Sequence record: MT586120.1 | DNA: 64,000 bases | Strand: one strand, 5' to 3' | Program-made: the position numbers and the translations under genes | Part shown: positions 43,001 through 52,600 of the stretch, in pieces | Layout: every line of letters starts with the position of its first letter | Position numbering within the stretch: the stretch's first letter is position 1 | Notes under the pieces: model-generated | Databases searched by the model: none | Seen by the model: the letters and a program-made list of their open reading frames with translations, nothing else | What the model was told of the DNA's origin: nothing

Positions 43001-43589
43001 AACGGTAGATCTTCCCACTGGTCCTTCAGGTATTAAAGCTGAGGTATCACCAACAGTCCTAGACGGTGAGGTTGTTTCCATTGAACTTATCTCAAATGGT
43101 AACCAGTACAGAGACATTAGTCCAACTGTAACTATCGCACCACCAAGAGATCCTGAAGGCAGACAAGCTAAAGCTGTTGCGATCACAGAGCCTATCTACT
43201 ATGACGTTGATAGTTCATCTGCTCCAGTAGAAGGAACTGTGAGAGTCGTATTCAAACAGAGGCTAAATAATACAGTATCTGTAGGCACCACTGTATTCTT
43301 CTCTCGCCTAAGTCTACAAATCGCATCCTCACACTCCTTCGAGTACATCGGATCCGGTAATGAGATCAACGGCGCGAGACCTTCACAGGGCGGTGTTCCT
43401 ATTAAGGCTAATGAGATCGTTAAGCAGGAAGGCGGTTCTATCGTCTACACCTCAACCGATCAGGCAGGTAACTTTAACATCGGTGATGACTTCGTAATCA
43501 ACCAGTTCACTGGTACAGTTACGGGTAGGTCCTTCGACCAATCGGTGCTAAATAAGGTAACGCCACTAATCATCGCATTGGATAGCTAA
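31083..43589 (+). CDS. Giant (4168 aa) tail fibre/adhesin with split beta-helix, helical domains and 33 nested beta-modules
   Basis: N-terminal LLKRSGVPGRIP...LGELGINYYDGKVY fibre motif; FVTVNGNDNNSG...RTIKKA beta-helix start; PYIRNCT...DSFTQFN...LVSIFT beta-helix end; repeats in between. Confidence 0.85.
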   Translation: MISSETKILLKRSGVPGRIPSLADLKLGELGINYYDGKVYLRQENDVVGSRIIEPGQGDDIGRTIFVTVNGNDNNSGLNERDSVRTIKKAAELAQFGDGIKVYPGQYIEDNPITFRDLVAVEGMDLRNVLVTPANPEKDLYLVGDGFHATNHSFVSNQDSRDAAAIISFRPLEGTASDRYFDAARLIRDNLNFISGEAVGFLTSGYSGFAAGQRSQDAARAIELNTNFISEESFQYINSPDYRGPAYTNPDINQCRSDLKDILAGWRYDLISDGNSESTGVGLTYYAPVKFTKTTNITDLVYDNTTGLLVIETELSTQSLPGDEIKLRDIQLDCPPYGNSFLIAGFDYDNVSGVGTVTLPFIHDIQAGDTIKLDDLKFDCPPYGAQAYSVSDFVYDETTGGSTVTLSSNHNLKVGDAIELRDMQFDCPAYGGTFSNVVNIEYNNVSGEAILTYADAADLDAGDVVLLYDIKLSCPAYGNAISITGFDYDNFTGITQASFASPHGLRVGDLVKFENLKFSCESYLSDTYNIVGFEYNNLTGEALASFSSDHNLAGGSNVVLDNLTFACNSYFPEGINVTGFNYTNTTGVSTISLDHAHNLQIGDRFQLEDLVFACNSYSFTDIDVTAATYDNVTGFVNITLAAPHGSSVGEFVKLDGIEYSCPGGSGITTTIFPDGTIGDQFEILSVPSPSALIVNVGPSAIPHSYVGGGTATVGITTTVFPDGTQGNEFVVTDLVDSLTLVTNVGVSTIAHTYAGSGKIFVGFTTTVFPDGTQGNVFPVLGVPAANQIALNVGTSTIEHTYVGGGTASNEDTFLNVSGFTYNDADGTGLVTLGSNHNLVVGDSFILEDLKFTCDSYRNTASTFDISDFQYDNVTGLSTVVITSSHDLRVNDTIALYDIEFSCPNGSGITTTIFPDGSVDNFYDVVAVIDPNTIITRVGTSTIPHSYVQGGLLQVGITTNIFPDGTRPSDNFFDVVSVPAPNQILTNVGLSSIAHTYASGGKFYTGITTNIFPQTFEDPNVKVVNAVYDNVTGAVTVTCDKPHGLLATNTVLLQGLEFSCASGGPGGAPGVLLFPRNQETYEVVSVATPTTYTINVGPNSIPHTYVSGGISTPQNIIDAVYNRANGELTVTLNRQHGYVAGDTASVVDLVFSCLSGGEGNAPGELIFPRPTDEFVLLSISGSEFTVNVGESSGLPHTYVNGGSVSYAGTTAQVTSALYNEETGVLTVTTSAPLGAAVDNVVTMQGLNFACNSGGPGNDPGTIIFPRLDVPVFKVSKVISGVTYVINVGTSTLAHTYVSGGFSSLKKKVNDNNLFRVLGVPTPNTVVTNVGVSSIPHTYVSGGNGFVGITTNIFPDGTRPNGSRFEVLSVLSPNKAVINVGVSTIPHFYESGGQVQYGETNERPILAFDYNNLTGGARVTVRGPHGLSAGDSVKFDGMEFECVNSPGITTTIFPDGTAASLNLFPVTGVVNNTVFDCNVGRVPFTHTYIQGGSAFVGITTNIFPDGTQGYNYTVTGVPSSNKVNVNVGVSSIQHNYVRGGALFAGETNERDIVNFSYDNESGLAILTLRQPEDLYTGNLVKLKGLEFDCPDSTAITTNIFPDGSQGFLFPVTERLNPTQFQLNIGRSTIQHNYVRGTGAAFVGITTDIFPDLSTQPTKLFNVVSIPSPNTVAVQVGTSTIPHNYESGGTLSVGINTDIFPGSSVVSPLGDTFVIDAVTSSGEIVINVGTSSITHNYERGGQVLYGQSSGGELQHITGPGVMDATIAAIDFERQMSKYVLNNRPWGSFIAAETGIVNGIDYDNVTGFATVTVPGINAQRGDMVRMSDIQFVCSDEYAGLTTTFFPDNTRPEGQYFEVESRIDENSFETFIGISSIKHNHLRGGNVYRYRQGIENVIYDRASGLASVTSMAHGYKVDDIIEMGDIRFTCPVFTPDYDIENFTYDNTTGLSQVTTTVDNDIQIGDLVRLDDIQLDCPAYGNERVITDFEYNNLNGYSEITVASPHGLQLNPRTPVAITTAVYDNVSGIVTVTTAAPLNIDLSINNGVQLTGLGFTCSNSTTTTNVVGAVYDNTTGVVRITTNAANNAAVSSKVKLQNLIFSCESGGVPSDQAFPSGVDGFDFLVSEVISATEFNAIVGVSTLTHTYVTGGTAQVGITTNIFPSDDTLIYPITNIESSTKFSLQVGPSAFAHTYTGGGDATKVNRYSVKLADIKFDCPAYGNDIGVTNFIYDNTSGNSLVTVDSNHGLNVGDSIKLANLKFQCPPYGNQFNVIAADYDNVTGIITVTTDRDLDGISVDEVLRLRDLQFDCNSGTPYAIQQVTFDPFNGRIATLSLGQNPQVNPGDLIKLEGLLYRNAAGEEVPYPDGRDASYNIFEARSVTQVNASTWEVTVQFNNITDSLVIFIPNGSSYGTLFTGVTGNIFPENVGPEGGFYNVLSLPSPNQFAIQVGTSTIPHTYIRNGEAFSGVTTNFFPSTDPQNSPLGNLFEVVGVPTPTQVRINVGVSSISHIYDSGGQLLVGITTNIFPDGTQGNLFPVVSIGSSTELRVNVGTSSIPHNYISGGLMFVGITTNIFPGDPQNSPLGNIFEVLGKDDDCGKDRFTINVGVSTIPHAYVEGGTVTTGVTTSRFPDGTNGFEFPVESVLDADTFIVNVGPSSISHTYVDGGYSRRLESPINSFLYDNVTGFADVGITSHRLNVGDLVKLRDIKFDCDPYGGEKFINNVVYNNLTGRLNVNTIEPHGLSLNETIKLSGIQMDCPAYGNQIAITGASYSNTTGVIDVTVTQAHNLSIGDSVKLDGLDFVCPGGSGITTTIFPDGTAASYNIYEVVSVPAANSLTVNVGTSTIPHTYTGGGNIFVGITTNIFPGSAQNSPRGSFFEVLDTPSITEFTLNVGVSSIAHGYIRGGFVQTGVTTDIFPDGTQGDYFQVGEIIDEDNFTIDAGISSITHRYNSGGYGAKYVTYQARTPQVVDTSVIRVSGGCKAAEARVDQLAGIVTSIIQNGPSAAPGDVPLNVVAASYNKQTGDLSVTTSGETGVAPVDTVKIENLIFQCSKVSNVIGATYDNTTGKAIITTDDDNGISIGTKIRLEGLNFACNDGSLVYPSDPNTVFDVIVVLGDNRFELDLAKSTKVHTWTGGGVCTTVPTTRTFPDNKVFIYNVKSVLSPTTFTVNVGPSDIDHSYISGGHVSPGLRYQVDNAEYNKITGLLTVTTDVDNQLIANTGVKLNDLQFSCTSGGANNQPGILPFPDGRPANVVAATYNNVTGLLRVTTDKPHQAYADVKVRLEGLEFSCPGGSLIYPSNPNQLLRVTKVEDFYTYEVLLEPSSKVHTYVQGGTSSTGTNHYCVDSVINSRTFTVQMAPNNLTHTYVSGGTVASVFCEQILTGINLRTAKCADDVKKIYLAVVHDVTRGGNMKSVAAARKYYDAVGQYQHIAGGEVNQTVAALDYSLNVVRCVINNVSWGGVPRGYFTSRERAFIPTKSNLDAPLANRSLSRDLLRLADMPPSTTQSVVCIEKPFEKGQYTTNKKFIEAFDYDNVTGIASVTTTQAHRLIKYDAIRLDDIKMRCVGSPRITTNLFPDGTQGDIFEVKQTFQDNPIYPVSDATYNNTTGNLLVESLGSNLELEVGTLVNLRNLRFECSSSGAPGTIVYPTNSDYVYEVKKIINGDTILVNVGVSTLVHTFVPTSTTFNVPQFQELPRKFIAHVGTVGFPHIYEQGGTVWKQEPFQTPESATQLRDVSIQNDPLQFTNSTPNACANVFSAIENTVGVVTTIIDVGFEDSGISVRYPGNDGRGVDSFDQMSSQGVGNIIRGPYIRNCTNFVPKSIGMRMDGFDAEPGDEISNGVQGSSNVDSFTQFNPGGIGCSVSNGTYQQLVSIFTICCDQAIVCDSGAQLDLTNSNSSFGRLGLVARGIGDAKSKCIDRYTGIVAEEAQIEDDTVIIRGVGEKRPYDGQGIFFGELFREVIRIDVTDGGSGYDDENPPVATVDLPTGPSGIKAEVSPTVLDGEVVSIELISNGNQYRDISPTVTIAPPRDPEGRQAKAVAITEPIYYDVDSSSAPVEGTVRVVFKQRLNNTVSVGTTVFFSRLSLQIASSHSFEYIGSGNEINGARPSQGGVPIKANEIVKQEGGSIVYTSTDQAGNFNIGDDFVINQFTGTVTGRSFDQSVLNKVTPLIIALDS

Positions 43590-43593
43590 CACC

Positions 43594-43944
43594 ATGGCAG
43601 CAGTAGCACTAAACAAATTTCTAACGGTAAGACATTTGGTTACCGACTCCAATGTGGGGATTTATACCTCCCCCATTGGTGTTGCTTCCATCGTTCTTTT
43701 TGCCCAGGCAACGAACGTGTCTTCCGATGGTGAAGTAAAATTCGTCACCTTTTCTCACGCCAGACCAGGTGATATACCAGTGGATTTTCAAATTATCAAT
43801 GATGGTCCAGTCATCCCCAACGATGCACTGAACCTAATTATTGGTAGACTTGTCCTGGAAACAGGAGATGAGTTAATCCTTTCAGGCGATACGACCGGAG
43901 ATGTGAAGGTTGTAGTCTCTATTCTCGAAACAGCTAAGAGCTAA
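43594..43944 (+). CDS. Small conserved virion-associated protein
   Basis: IYTSPIGVASIVLFAQATN...LVLETGDEL...VSILETAK; CTAAATA near 43548. Confidence 0.7.
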   Translation: MAAVALNKFLTVRHLVTDSNVGIYTSPIGVASIVLFAQATNVSSDGEVKFVTFSHARPGDIPVDFQIINDGPVIPNDALNLIIGRLVLETGDELILSGDTTGDVKVVVSILETAKS

Positions 43945-43973
43945 AACACCGTTCGCATTATTATCCTGGGTCA

Positions 43974-46900
43974 ATGGCATTATTTTATCAGTCAGGCAGA
44001 GTAAGTAGATTCGCAGTAGGTACACCTGGGTTTTCAACCAACAGGGACCTAACTCTTAATGTGTCTGGCGCTATTGGTATTGAAACTACTAAACCTAGGG
44101 GGAGCATTGATACTCCAGAGATTAGTATTAGAGGACCAATTATTGACTCAGGAATCAATACAGGTGGTTTAGGATATTTCTTATCACAGGATGTAGAAGG
44201 TGTTAAGTGGGTTGCTGCTTCACCAGAAGACTTAACATTTATTAGAGTATTTGAAGATAATGTACAGGTTGGCGTTAGTTCCTTCAGTGGACTAAACTTC
44301 ATATCAAATGACTCTTCATTATTTGATATTAAAGAAAGTCCAATTGGTCCCAATATTGCGGACATTAATTTTAATACATACTGGATTAGAACCGAGTATG
44401 GTAATAACGCAGGTATTTCAACTGGTTATGGACCAGACGGCACCTATGCTTCCCTCCCTGGTTATGGAACCAGCGAAGCAGTAGGTGTTACTTCTGTTGG
44501 TATTGGAACAGACAATCCACAAGATGACTTCCAAGTTGGTATTGGATCCACTGGTGTTACTATCAATGGACCTGAAGGTAAGCTAGAAGCAGAAATTATT
44601 AAAGCCAAGAACCTTGAGCTTGATGGTAATATTACTGTTAGATCACTAGTTGTTGATCCAGGTATTGCTACATTCCGTGGAAATATTGATGCTCAAGGTA
44701 TCTCTAGCTTCACTGGGGATGTTATAGCTGGGTTCGCTACTATACAGGAGCTATATGTAAATGATTTAGAGGTTGAATTATTCAGGGCAGGTGTATCAAC
44801 ATTAGGTTTTGGACAATCGGCATCTTCATTTACTATTGTAGAGAATAGTTTAGAGGTTCAGGGTGCTATTGGTACATTTATCAATGATCTATATGTCGGA
44901 AATGACCTTTATGTTGCTGGTGATACATTCTTCAACCAGATCAATGCCGAAAATATTCAAGTAACAGGCATTGCGACATTAAATAATGTTGAAGGAAACA
45001 CGGGGATCTTCACTAGCTTTGAAGTAACAGGGATCACCACACTAAATCAGCTTGAGTTTAATACGGGAGTAGGTACTGATTTACAGTTAGAGTCTTCAAC
45101 TATTGGTGTATTAACAGCGACTGATGTTAGTGCTGGTGTTGCTACTATTGGCTTTGCTAATATTGATGATGCTAATATCAGTGGTATCGTAACAGTAACC
45201 GAAGTTGATGTAGAAGAGATTGATATTGAGCGTGCCCAAGTAGGCATCCTAACAATCACTGAGGGTCTATCAGTAACTGGTACCAGTACCTTTGTTGGTC
45301 TAGTAACCGTAACTGGCGACGCATTCATTGATGGTGACCTAACAGTTACTGATCAGTTCACAGTACAAGATCTAGGAGCAGAGAACCTAGAAGTAACTGG
45401 TATTGGTACCATTGTAAATCTAGAATCTAATGTTGGTATTATCACCACATTGTTCACAGAAGGTTCTGTTAATACTGGTGTTGGTACATTCAATGTTGTT
45501 GAAGCCAATGATATTCAGTCAGGCACTGGTACTATTGGTGGTGTTGGCTTTGAGTCTGGTAGGCTAGAGGGAACTGAACTAGATTTTGATATTGGTCGCA
45601 TCGGTATTCTAACTGGTGACCTACTCAGTTATGGTATTGGTACATTTAGAGATAGGCTAGACAGCCCAGGCATCTCTAATATTGCCGTTGCTATTGGTAA
45701 TACTCTAAACTATGATAGCACATCACAGATTAATGGTGTTACATTTGGTGATGAGTTAGTAGATATATTCAATAGAGACCTAAGAGTAACTGGCATAACA
45801 ACCTTTACTGGTGTGGGTACATTCGGATCAGATCTATATGTAAAAGAAGATCTATTTGTTGGTGGTGAACTAAGTTTTGAACAACTAACAGGTACCAACC
45901 TACAGGTTCTAGGTATCGCAACAGTTAATCAACTAGATCTAAACACAGGTATTGGTACCTTCCTAGACCTAGAGTTCCTACAAGTTGGTGTTGCTACTAT
46001 CACCAACCTACTAGGAACGATCTCAACAATCACCAGAATGGACTCTGGTACTGTTGCTGTTACTACTGATCCAGGTAAATATCCAACATCAGACGGTCAG
46101 TTCTATGCTGATAGATCATTCATTGAATTTTCTAATGCCCTTGATAGTCGCACCACAGACTTTGTTGCTAGAGAAACAGCAGACATCCAAGGTACATTAG
46201 AAGTTGTTGGTCTATCAACATTCGATTCTGATATTGATGTAAACGCAGATATCAATGTATCTGGTCTAACTACAACCAACTTCCTATTCGCTGGCGTAGG
46301 TACAATCCTACTATTAGATACAGACTTCATTGACTCTGATGAGATCAACGCAGGTATCATTACAACCCAAGATTTAGTTGTTACAGGTTCTGCTGACTTC
46401 CAAGGAGATGTTGTTGTAGACATCGGTGGTACAGCTAATATCACCAACGCAAACATTGGGTTCGCTAGCGTCACTGAGGAGGTCGTAGGAACCTCTACAG
46501 TAGGCTTCTTGAGTGCTACTGATGCGAACATCGGCGTAGCAACTGTCGGGCTTCTAAGCGCCACAGATGCAGAGATAGAAGACCTTGAGGTTAATACATT
46601 CCGTGCTGGTATTGCTACGGTAGGCTTCGGTTCATTCGGCACTGATCCAAATGAAGGTTCCCTATATGTAACGGGTATCAATACATTTGTTGGCTTCACT
46701 ACATTCACTGGAGAGGTTTATGTTGATGGTGACCTAACAGTATCAGGTATTACAACATTCAAGCAGTTGGATGCGGAACAATCACAGATTGGTATCCTAA
46801 CCACCAAGACTCTACTAGATTCTAATGGTCTAATCGACGCAGAGAATGTTGCTATCAGCACAAACCTAACAGTTTCTGGTCTAACAACTCTAACTGGATT

Positions 46901-49577
46901 CACTACTACTAGTGATGTTATCGTTGGCGGTGGACTAACAGTTGTTGGTGATACAACATTCCTAGGAATTGTATCTATTACTGATACATTATTCGTCAAC
47001 CAGGAAATCACTGGTATTGCTACTGTAAACAACCTCAACTTCAATGTTGGTGTTGGTTCTACGTTGTCTGTAGGCTTCCTCACTGCTACTGACCTATATG
47101 TTGCTGGGGTTTCTACCTTCGTTGGTGTAGGCACCTTCCAGAACGACCTATACGTCTCTAAAGACCTCTTTGTTGAGCGTAATATTGTAGCTGCTGCTAT
47201 CTCCGCAGAGAACTACTTTGCTAGTGGCGTATCAACATTCAGTAATACTATTATTGATGGGGCACTTGGCGTTACTAGCTCTGTTGGTATTGCTAAAACT
47301 CTTATTGTTGGTGGTGATGTAGTTGTTGGTGGTGGTATTACTTTTGAGGGTGATATCAATATTGAGGTTGATGTAAATGTAGATGTTGAAGGTAACATCA
47401 ATGCTACTGGAATCTCAACATTCAATGAGTTAGTATTTAATACTGGTATTGGTACTTACCTAGACCTAGAACAACTGGAAGTTGGAATTGCTACATTAGG
47501 TACGGCGAATATCACAACATCATATACTGGTTTTGCTTCTATTACTAACGAAACTGTAGGTCTATCCACAGTAGATGAGCAGAGAGTTGGTATTCTTACC
47601 GTAGGATTTGGTAAGACTGTTGATGATGGAACATTCTTCCGCACTGGAATCGGTACTATCGTTGGCTTTACCACCTATAAGGGTGATGTGTTCATTGATG
47701 GTAACCAGACAATCACGGGTGTATCTAGTTACTCTCAGTTGGATGCAGCACAGTCAAGGATTGGTATTCTAACTGTAAATAACCTACTAGATGCAGACTT
47801 TATATTCTCTTCTGGTCCTCTAGGATTTGCTACACTCAATAACTTTAGTGCAAACCTTGGTATCATAACTGGACTCAATGTTAGTGGAGTTCTAACCGCA
47901 CAGGAACTTGAGGTAGAAGACCTCACAGTAACTAGAAACCTATCGGTTGGTGGAATATCTACTCTAGGTGCCCCTGGTCCTACAGGCTTCACTACGACGC
48001 TTGGTGACCTATATGTTGGTGGTGACCTATTCGTACAGGACGACATCTTCTATGATGAAATCTCTGGTCGCAACCTATCCATCAGTGGTGTTGGTACAAT
48101 CAAAACATTGTATGTAAATACTGGTGTTGTTACTACACTATCAGCAGAAGACTTTGACGCAAACGTTGGTGTTATAACTGACCTACGTGTTGAGAAAGCT
48201 TCTGTCGGTGAGTATATCGGCACTTCAATTACAGCAGAGTTCTTAAAAGTCACTGGAGTATCCACCTTTGAGGGTGTATCTGAATTTGATGAGGATGTAC
48301 TAATTGGCGGTGACTTAAATGTTACTGGAATTATTACTGCTCAGAATGTAGAGGCAGTTGGATTCTTCACAGGTCCTCAGGCATTGATTGGGGAAATCTT
48401 AGCTGAAAAGGCTACAATCACTAATATTATGAACACCAACTTGATGAGTGGTGTTACATCAGTGACTAGTCAGTTGGATGTGATGAATAACTTCCGAGCA
48501 GTCGGAATTTCAACCATCAATACCATCGAGTCTATAAGTATTACAAACTCAGGGATTGTAAGTACTAATACATTAACCGTTGAGAGCTTTGCGGATATTG
48601 AAGACCTTAAAGTTAATGATACATTAACAGTTGATGGTATCGTTAATATAAATGAAGATGTAAATATCAGTAACGGCAACCTGACCATATTAAATGGTAA
48701 TATTGCTGCTGATGACTTAACCATAAGAAATATAATTTCTAGTGGTGTTTCTACATTACCTACATTAAAAAGTACTAATGTAGATATCAATGGTTACTTA
48801 GATGTTCTTGGTATTGCGACTGTTAATTCAGTATTAAACGTTGATGGAGTACTAAATGTTACTAATCAACTATTTGCTAATAGTGGTATTATAACCACAC
48901 TTATTGGTAATCAATTAACATACAACAGTGGAGTAGTTACTTCCTTTACCGTCACTGACAGTCAGATAATTCAGAATGATTTGATTGTTAGTGGTATTAC
49001 CACAACAAAAAACTTAAAGGTTAATGGTGATGCCGAGATAACAAATCTAGATGTGGTTGGATTGGCTACTATAGCTAATGCCGATATAAATCTTGGTGAT
49101 ATACAGACCCTGACGTTCAACTCTGGTGTTGGAACCAGCCTCACCCTTACGAATGGAACTATAACAACAGCAGGAATTACTACTGCTAATATCCAATATG
49201 CTAATATCAATAATGCGGATATTGGTATTGGTACAGTAACTACATTAGATATTGATGATGTTACCCGCCATAGAGCTTACAGATTACAGACATCTTCTAC
49301 CTCACAGGCAGCTATCTTCTCAACAACTGATCTAGAATATCAAACCTATGAGATAACGATCCAGGCAGTTAGTGCTGGTAATATACATAGCACGAAGATC
49401 CTAGCATCACACGATGGTGGTACTGCATACTTCAACGAATACTCAACTGTATTCAATAACATTGAGTTGGGTATCTATGATGTTGTAGTCGGGGGCGGCA
49501 CACTGTCCCTCCTAGTAACACCAGAATCTGCTGCCACAACTACATACACAGCCACGGTTGTCGCTACAAAGGTATAA
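43974..49577 (+). CDS. Long fibre protein (1867 aa)
   Basis: Dense G(I/V)(S/A)T(F/L) and GIGT repeats; C-terminal HSTKILASHDGGTAYFNEY domain typical of cyanophage fibres. Confidence 0.8.
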   Translation: MALFYQSGRVSRFAVGTPGFSTNRDLTLNVSGAIGIETTKPRGSIDTPEISIRGPIIDSGINTGGLGYFLSQDVEGVKWVAASPEDLTFIRVFEDNVQVGVSSFSGLNFISNDSSLFDIKESPIGPNIADINFNTYWIRTEYGNNAGISTGYGPDGTYASLPGYGTSEAVGVTSVGIGTDNPQDDFQVGIGSTGVTINGPEGKLEAEIIKAKNLELDGNITVRSLVVDPGIATFRGNIDAQGISSFTGDVIAGFATIQELYVNDLEVELFRAGVSTLGFGQSASSFTIVENSLEVQGAIGTFINDLYVGNDLYVAGDTFFNQINAENIQVTGIATLNNVEGNTGIFTSFEVTGITTLNQLEFNTGVGTDLQLESSTIGVLTATDVSAGVATIGFANIDDANISGIVTVTEVDVEEIDIERAQVGILTITEGLSVTGTSTFVGLVTVTGDAFIDGDLTVTDQFTVQDLGAENLEVTGIGTIVNLESNVGIITTLFTEGSVNTGVGTFNVVEANDIQSGTGTIGGVGFESGRLEGTELDFDIGRIGILTGDLLSYGIGTFRDRLDSPGISNIAVAIGNTLNYDSTSQINGVTFGDELVDIFNRDLRVTGITTFTGVGTFGSDLYVKEDLFVGGELSFEQLTGTNLQVLGIATVNQLDLNTGIGTFLDLEFLQVGVATITNLLGTISTITRMDSGTVAVTTDPGKYPTSDGQFYADRSFIEFSNALDSRTTDFVARETADIQGTLEVVGLSTFDSDIDVNADINVSGLTTTNFLFAGVGTILLLDTDFIDSDEINAGIITTQDLVVTGSADFQGDVVVDIGGTANITNANIGFASVTEEVVGTSTVGFLSATDANIGVATVGLLSATDAEIEDLEVNTFRAGIATVGFGSFGTDPNEGSLYVTGINTFVGFTTFTGEVYVDGDLTVSGITTFKQLDAEQSQIGILTTKTLLDSNGLIDAENVAISTNLTVSGLTTLTGFTTTSDVIVGGGLTVVGDTTFLGIVSITDTLFVNQEITGIATVNNLNFNVGVGSTLSVGFLTATDLYVAGVSTFVGVGTFQNDLYVSKDLFVERNIVAAAISAENYFASGVSTFSNTIIDGALGVTSSVGIAKTLIVGGDVVVGGGITFEGDINIEVDVNVDVEGNINATGISTFNELVFNTGIGTYLDLEQLEVGIATLGTANITTSYTGFASITNETVGLSTVDEQRVGILTVGFGKTVDDGTFFRTGIGTIVGFTTYKGDVFIDGNQTITGVSSYSQLDAAQSRIGILTVNNLLDADFIFSSGPLGFATLNNFSANLGIITGLNVSGVLTAQELEVEDLTVTRNLSVGGISTLGAPGPTGFTTTLGDLYVGGDLFVQDDIFYDEISGRNLSISGVGTIKTLYVNTGVVTTLSAEDFDANVGVITDLRVEKASVGEYIGTSITAEFLKVTGVSTFEGVSEFDEDVLIGGDLNVTGIITAQNVEAVGFFTGPQALIGEILAEKATITNIMNTNLMSGVTSVTSQLDVMNNFRAVGISTINTIESISITNSGIVSTNTLTVESFADIEDLKVNDTLTVDGIVNINEDVNISNGNLTILNGNIAADDLTIRNIISSGVSTLPTLKSTNVDINGYLDVLGIATVNSVLNVDGVLNVTNQLFANSGIITTLIGNQLTYNSGVVTSFTVTDSQIIQNDLIVSGITTTKNLKVNGDAEITNLDVVGLATIANADINLGDIQTLTFNSGVGTSLTLTNGTITTAGITTANIQYANINNADIGIGTVTTLDIDDVTRHRAYRLQTSSTSQAAIFSTTDLEYQTYEITIQAVSAGNIHSTKILASHDGGTAYFNEYSTVFNNIELGIYDVVVGGGTLSLLVTPESAATTTYTATVVATKV

Positions 49578-49638
49578 TTTATACCGTATAAATACATTCA
49601 TACAATATAATTTTTAATTATAGGGGGAATGTGAACCC

Positions 49639-52600
49639 GTGGCGAATCAGAATTTTCGTGTCAAGAAAGGTTTAGAAGTTGGCTTAGGAGCGACGGCTCT
49701 TTTTGCTGACGATACTGGCGTAGGTATTAATAGTATTACGCCCCGAGGTAATCTTGACGTTAGAGGGCAAGCATATATTGCGGACTTGAAGGTAGGTCCT
49801 GGGTCCATCACTGGGGTTGGGCTTGGGACTACTTCACTGTATGTAGATGGAGATACATTTATAGATGGTGATGTAACAATCACTGGCGACATTATTTTTG
49901 ATGATGCGGTACTAGATGACCTAGTTGTTACTGGTATAGCGTCTCTAAACATAGTATCATTTAACACGGGTGTTGGAACAGCACTTACTGTAACAGATCT
50001 AAATGTAGAAAGCATTAAGATTGATGGGAGCGATTTTGATGTTCTGGATCCAACATTTAATTCAATATCAGTTACTGGTTTCTCCACGTTCGGTGGTCTG
50101 AATACCACTGGATTCTCTACATTCTATCAGAACTTAAGAGTAGAACAAGACCTAAAAGTAGGTGGTAATATTGACCTAGAAGATCTAGGTGCTGGTAATA
50201 TTTCTGTAGCGGGTACAGTAACTACCAATGGTCTAGAATTTAATGTAGGTATTGGTACTTCACTATCACTAGAAAAGATTAGTGTAGAAAATATTGAGAT
50301 TGACGGAAGTGACTTTGATGTTCTAGATCCTACATTTGAGTCCCTATCAGTTACTGGTTTCTCCACGTTTGGTGGTCTGAATACTACTGGAGTCTCTACG
50401 TTCTATCAGAATGTACGTATTGATAAGGATTTGGAAGTCGGTGGGAACATCTCACTTGATGATCTTGACTCTGGTAATATCAGTGTCGGTGGTACTATCA
50501 CCACAAACAGCCTAATATTCAACGTTGGTATTGGTACTACTGCCCAGTTTGAAGACCTAATTGTAACTGGAATCTCCAGCCTTCAAACTATCACTGGCTT
50601 TGGTTCTGATCTACAGTTCCTACCAGCTGGGTCTATTAGTACCTCTGTTGGTATTGGTTCAACCATTCCCCCCACTCTGCGACCGACAGGGGAACCCGTC
50701 CAAGCTGGTGATCTATGGTTTGATGCTCAAGATTTAAGACAGTACACATACTATGTTGATCCTAATGGTGACGCACAGTGGGTAGATTCTAACCCACCCC
50801 CAACTCAACCTTCTCTACGATTCATTGGAGATGATTCAGAGATTGGTGAAGTTGATATTCAAAATTCAATCTTTAGCATTACTGGTAAAGAGAATCAGAT
50901 ATTAACAGATGTTATTCCCAATACACCCAACATTGAAGTTGGACTATCCACTAATGTTACTATTGATGGTAGCCTATCAGTAGGAACCACAGCATTCTTT
51001 GGTGATTCTGTTGCTATTGGTAACACCCTATTCGTAACTAGTGATGTAGTTATTGGTGGTGGTATCACATTCCAGGGTGATATTACTGTAGAAATTGATA
51101 CCGAACTAATAGGTAACGTTAATGTCCTAGGTATCGCAACATTCAATGAGCTTAACTTTGACGTTGGCGTAGGAAATACACTTACATTAGAAGACCTCAA
51201 TGTTAATGGGACTATCAATGCTAATGGAGCTGGTGTTGCTACTATTGGTGGCTCACCATCCTTTGAGAACCTAACTGTTACTGGGATTACTACACTAGGA
51301 TTTACCACAGTTCAAGGTAACTTGAATGTTACTGGTGACTTAATTGTCGGTGATGATATTGTATTTGATGAAGCCACTCTAAGGAACATCAATGTTTCTG
51401 GCTTATCATCTCTAAATTCAGTAGGTTATAATGTTGGTATTGGTAGTACCTTAACTATTGAGAAAAAGCTTACTGTAGAAGGATACACTGATCTAAAAGG
51501 TGAAGTAAGAGTTGGTGGAGCGTCAACATTTGTTGGGTTTGCAACATTCCAAGATGGATTATCTGTTCTAGGCAACCTTAATGTTACTGGTGATATTGTC
51601 TCTAGTGATGCAACTTATGGAGACCTAACGGTAACAAATACATTAACATCAGACAATAATTTACAGGGTAATATAGGTAACTTCAAAGAACTAACAGTAA
51701 CTGATGATTTCAAATCCAATGGAACAGCTACTTTATTTACAGTAGGTGTTCAGACAGTATCTATCTCAACCGAATTATCTGTTAGTGGTTTAACTACACT
51801 CACTGGAGAATTTGAATTTAATGAGGCTGAAGGTTATGAACTAACAGTAGAGAAGCTCAACGTAAATGCTGATGGTGAGGTTAATCTTCCTGGTGTTGCC
51901 TTTACAAATAAGGATGCAGTATTCCCCAACCTAGAAGTGATTGGGGTATCTACATTCAAGGGATTCGTGGATGTCAATTCTGATGTTGATATCTCAGGCA
52001 TTACGACTATAGGGACAAATATTAAAATCGATGGTGGTGCTAGAAGAATTGATGTAGGTGGTTCATTTATCCAGGGTGCTAGTGCAATCCCATTCCAGGA
52101 AGCTGAAGTTTCATCTGGTAAAGCTACATTTACAAGATTAATTGTAACTAATAATTCAGATGAATCAACATTTGCTGGTGATGTTGAAATTACAGGTGAA
52201 CTTCAGGTTAGTTCAGCAAGTACCTTTGCATCTATTACTGCACAATCAATTGATTCTATTGGTAGCGTAGATATTGGAGACAATCTAACAGTAGATAACA
52301 ACCTAGAAGTTAAGGAAAGAACTGACCTTAAAGATCTATATGTAAGTGGTATTGCTTCACTAAACGGTGCTAGTTTTGGTGATGGTGGTGAAGCTACCTT
52401 CGAGAAGATCAATGTAACTGGTCTATCATCACTCACATCAGTAAGTGTATCAGAGACCCTTGGGGTTAGTGGTCTAACCACTATGACTGACTTAAATGTT
52501 AGTGGTGTAGCAACAATTGGTCTAACATCAACAACTAACCTACAATTTACTAATGGGGATGGTTATGAACTAGAAGTTTACAGCCTCACAGTTCCTACTG

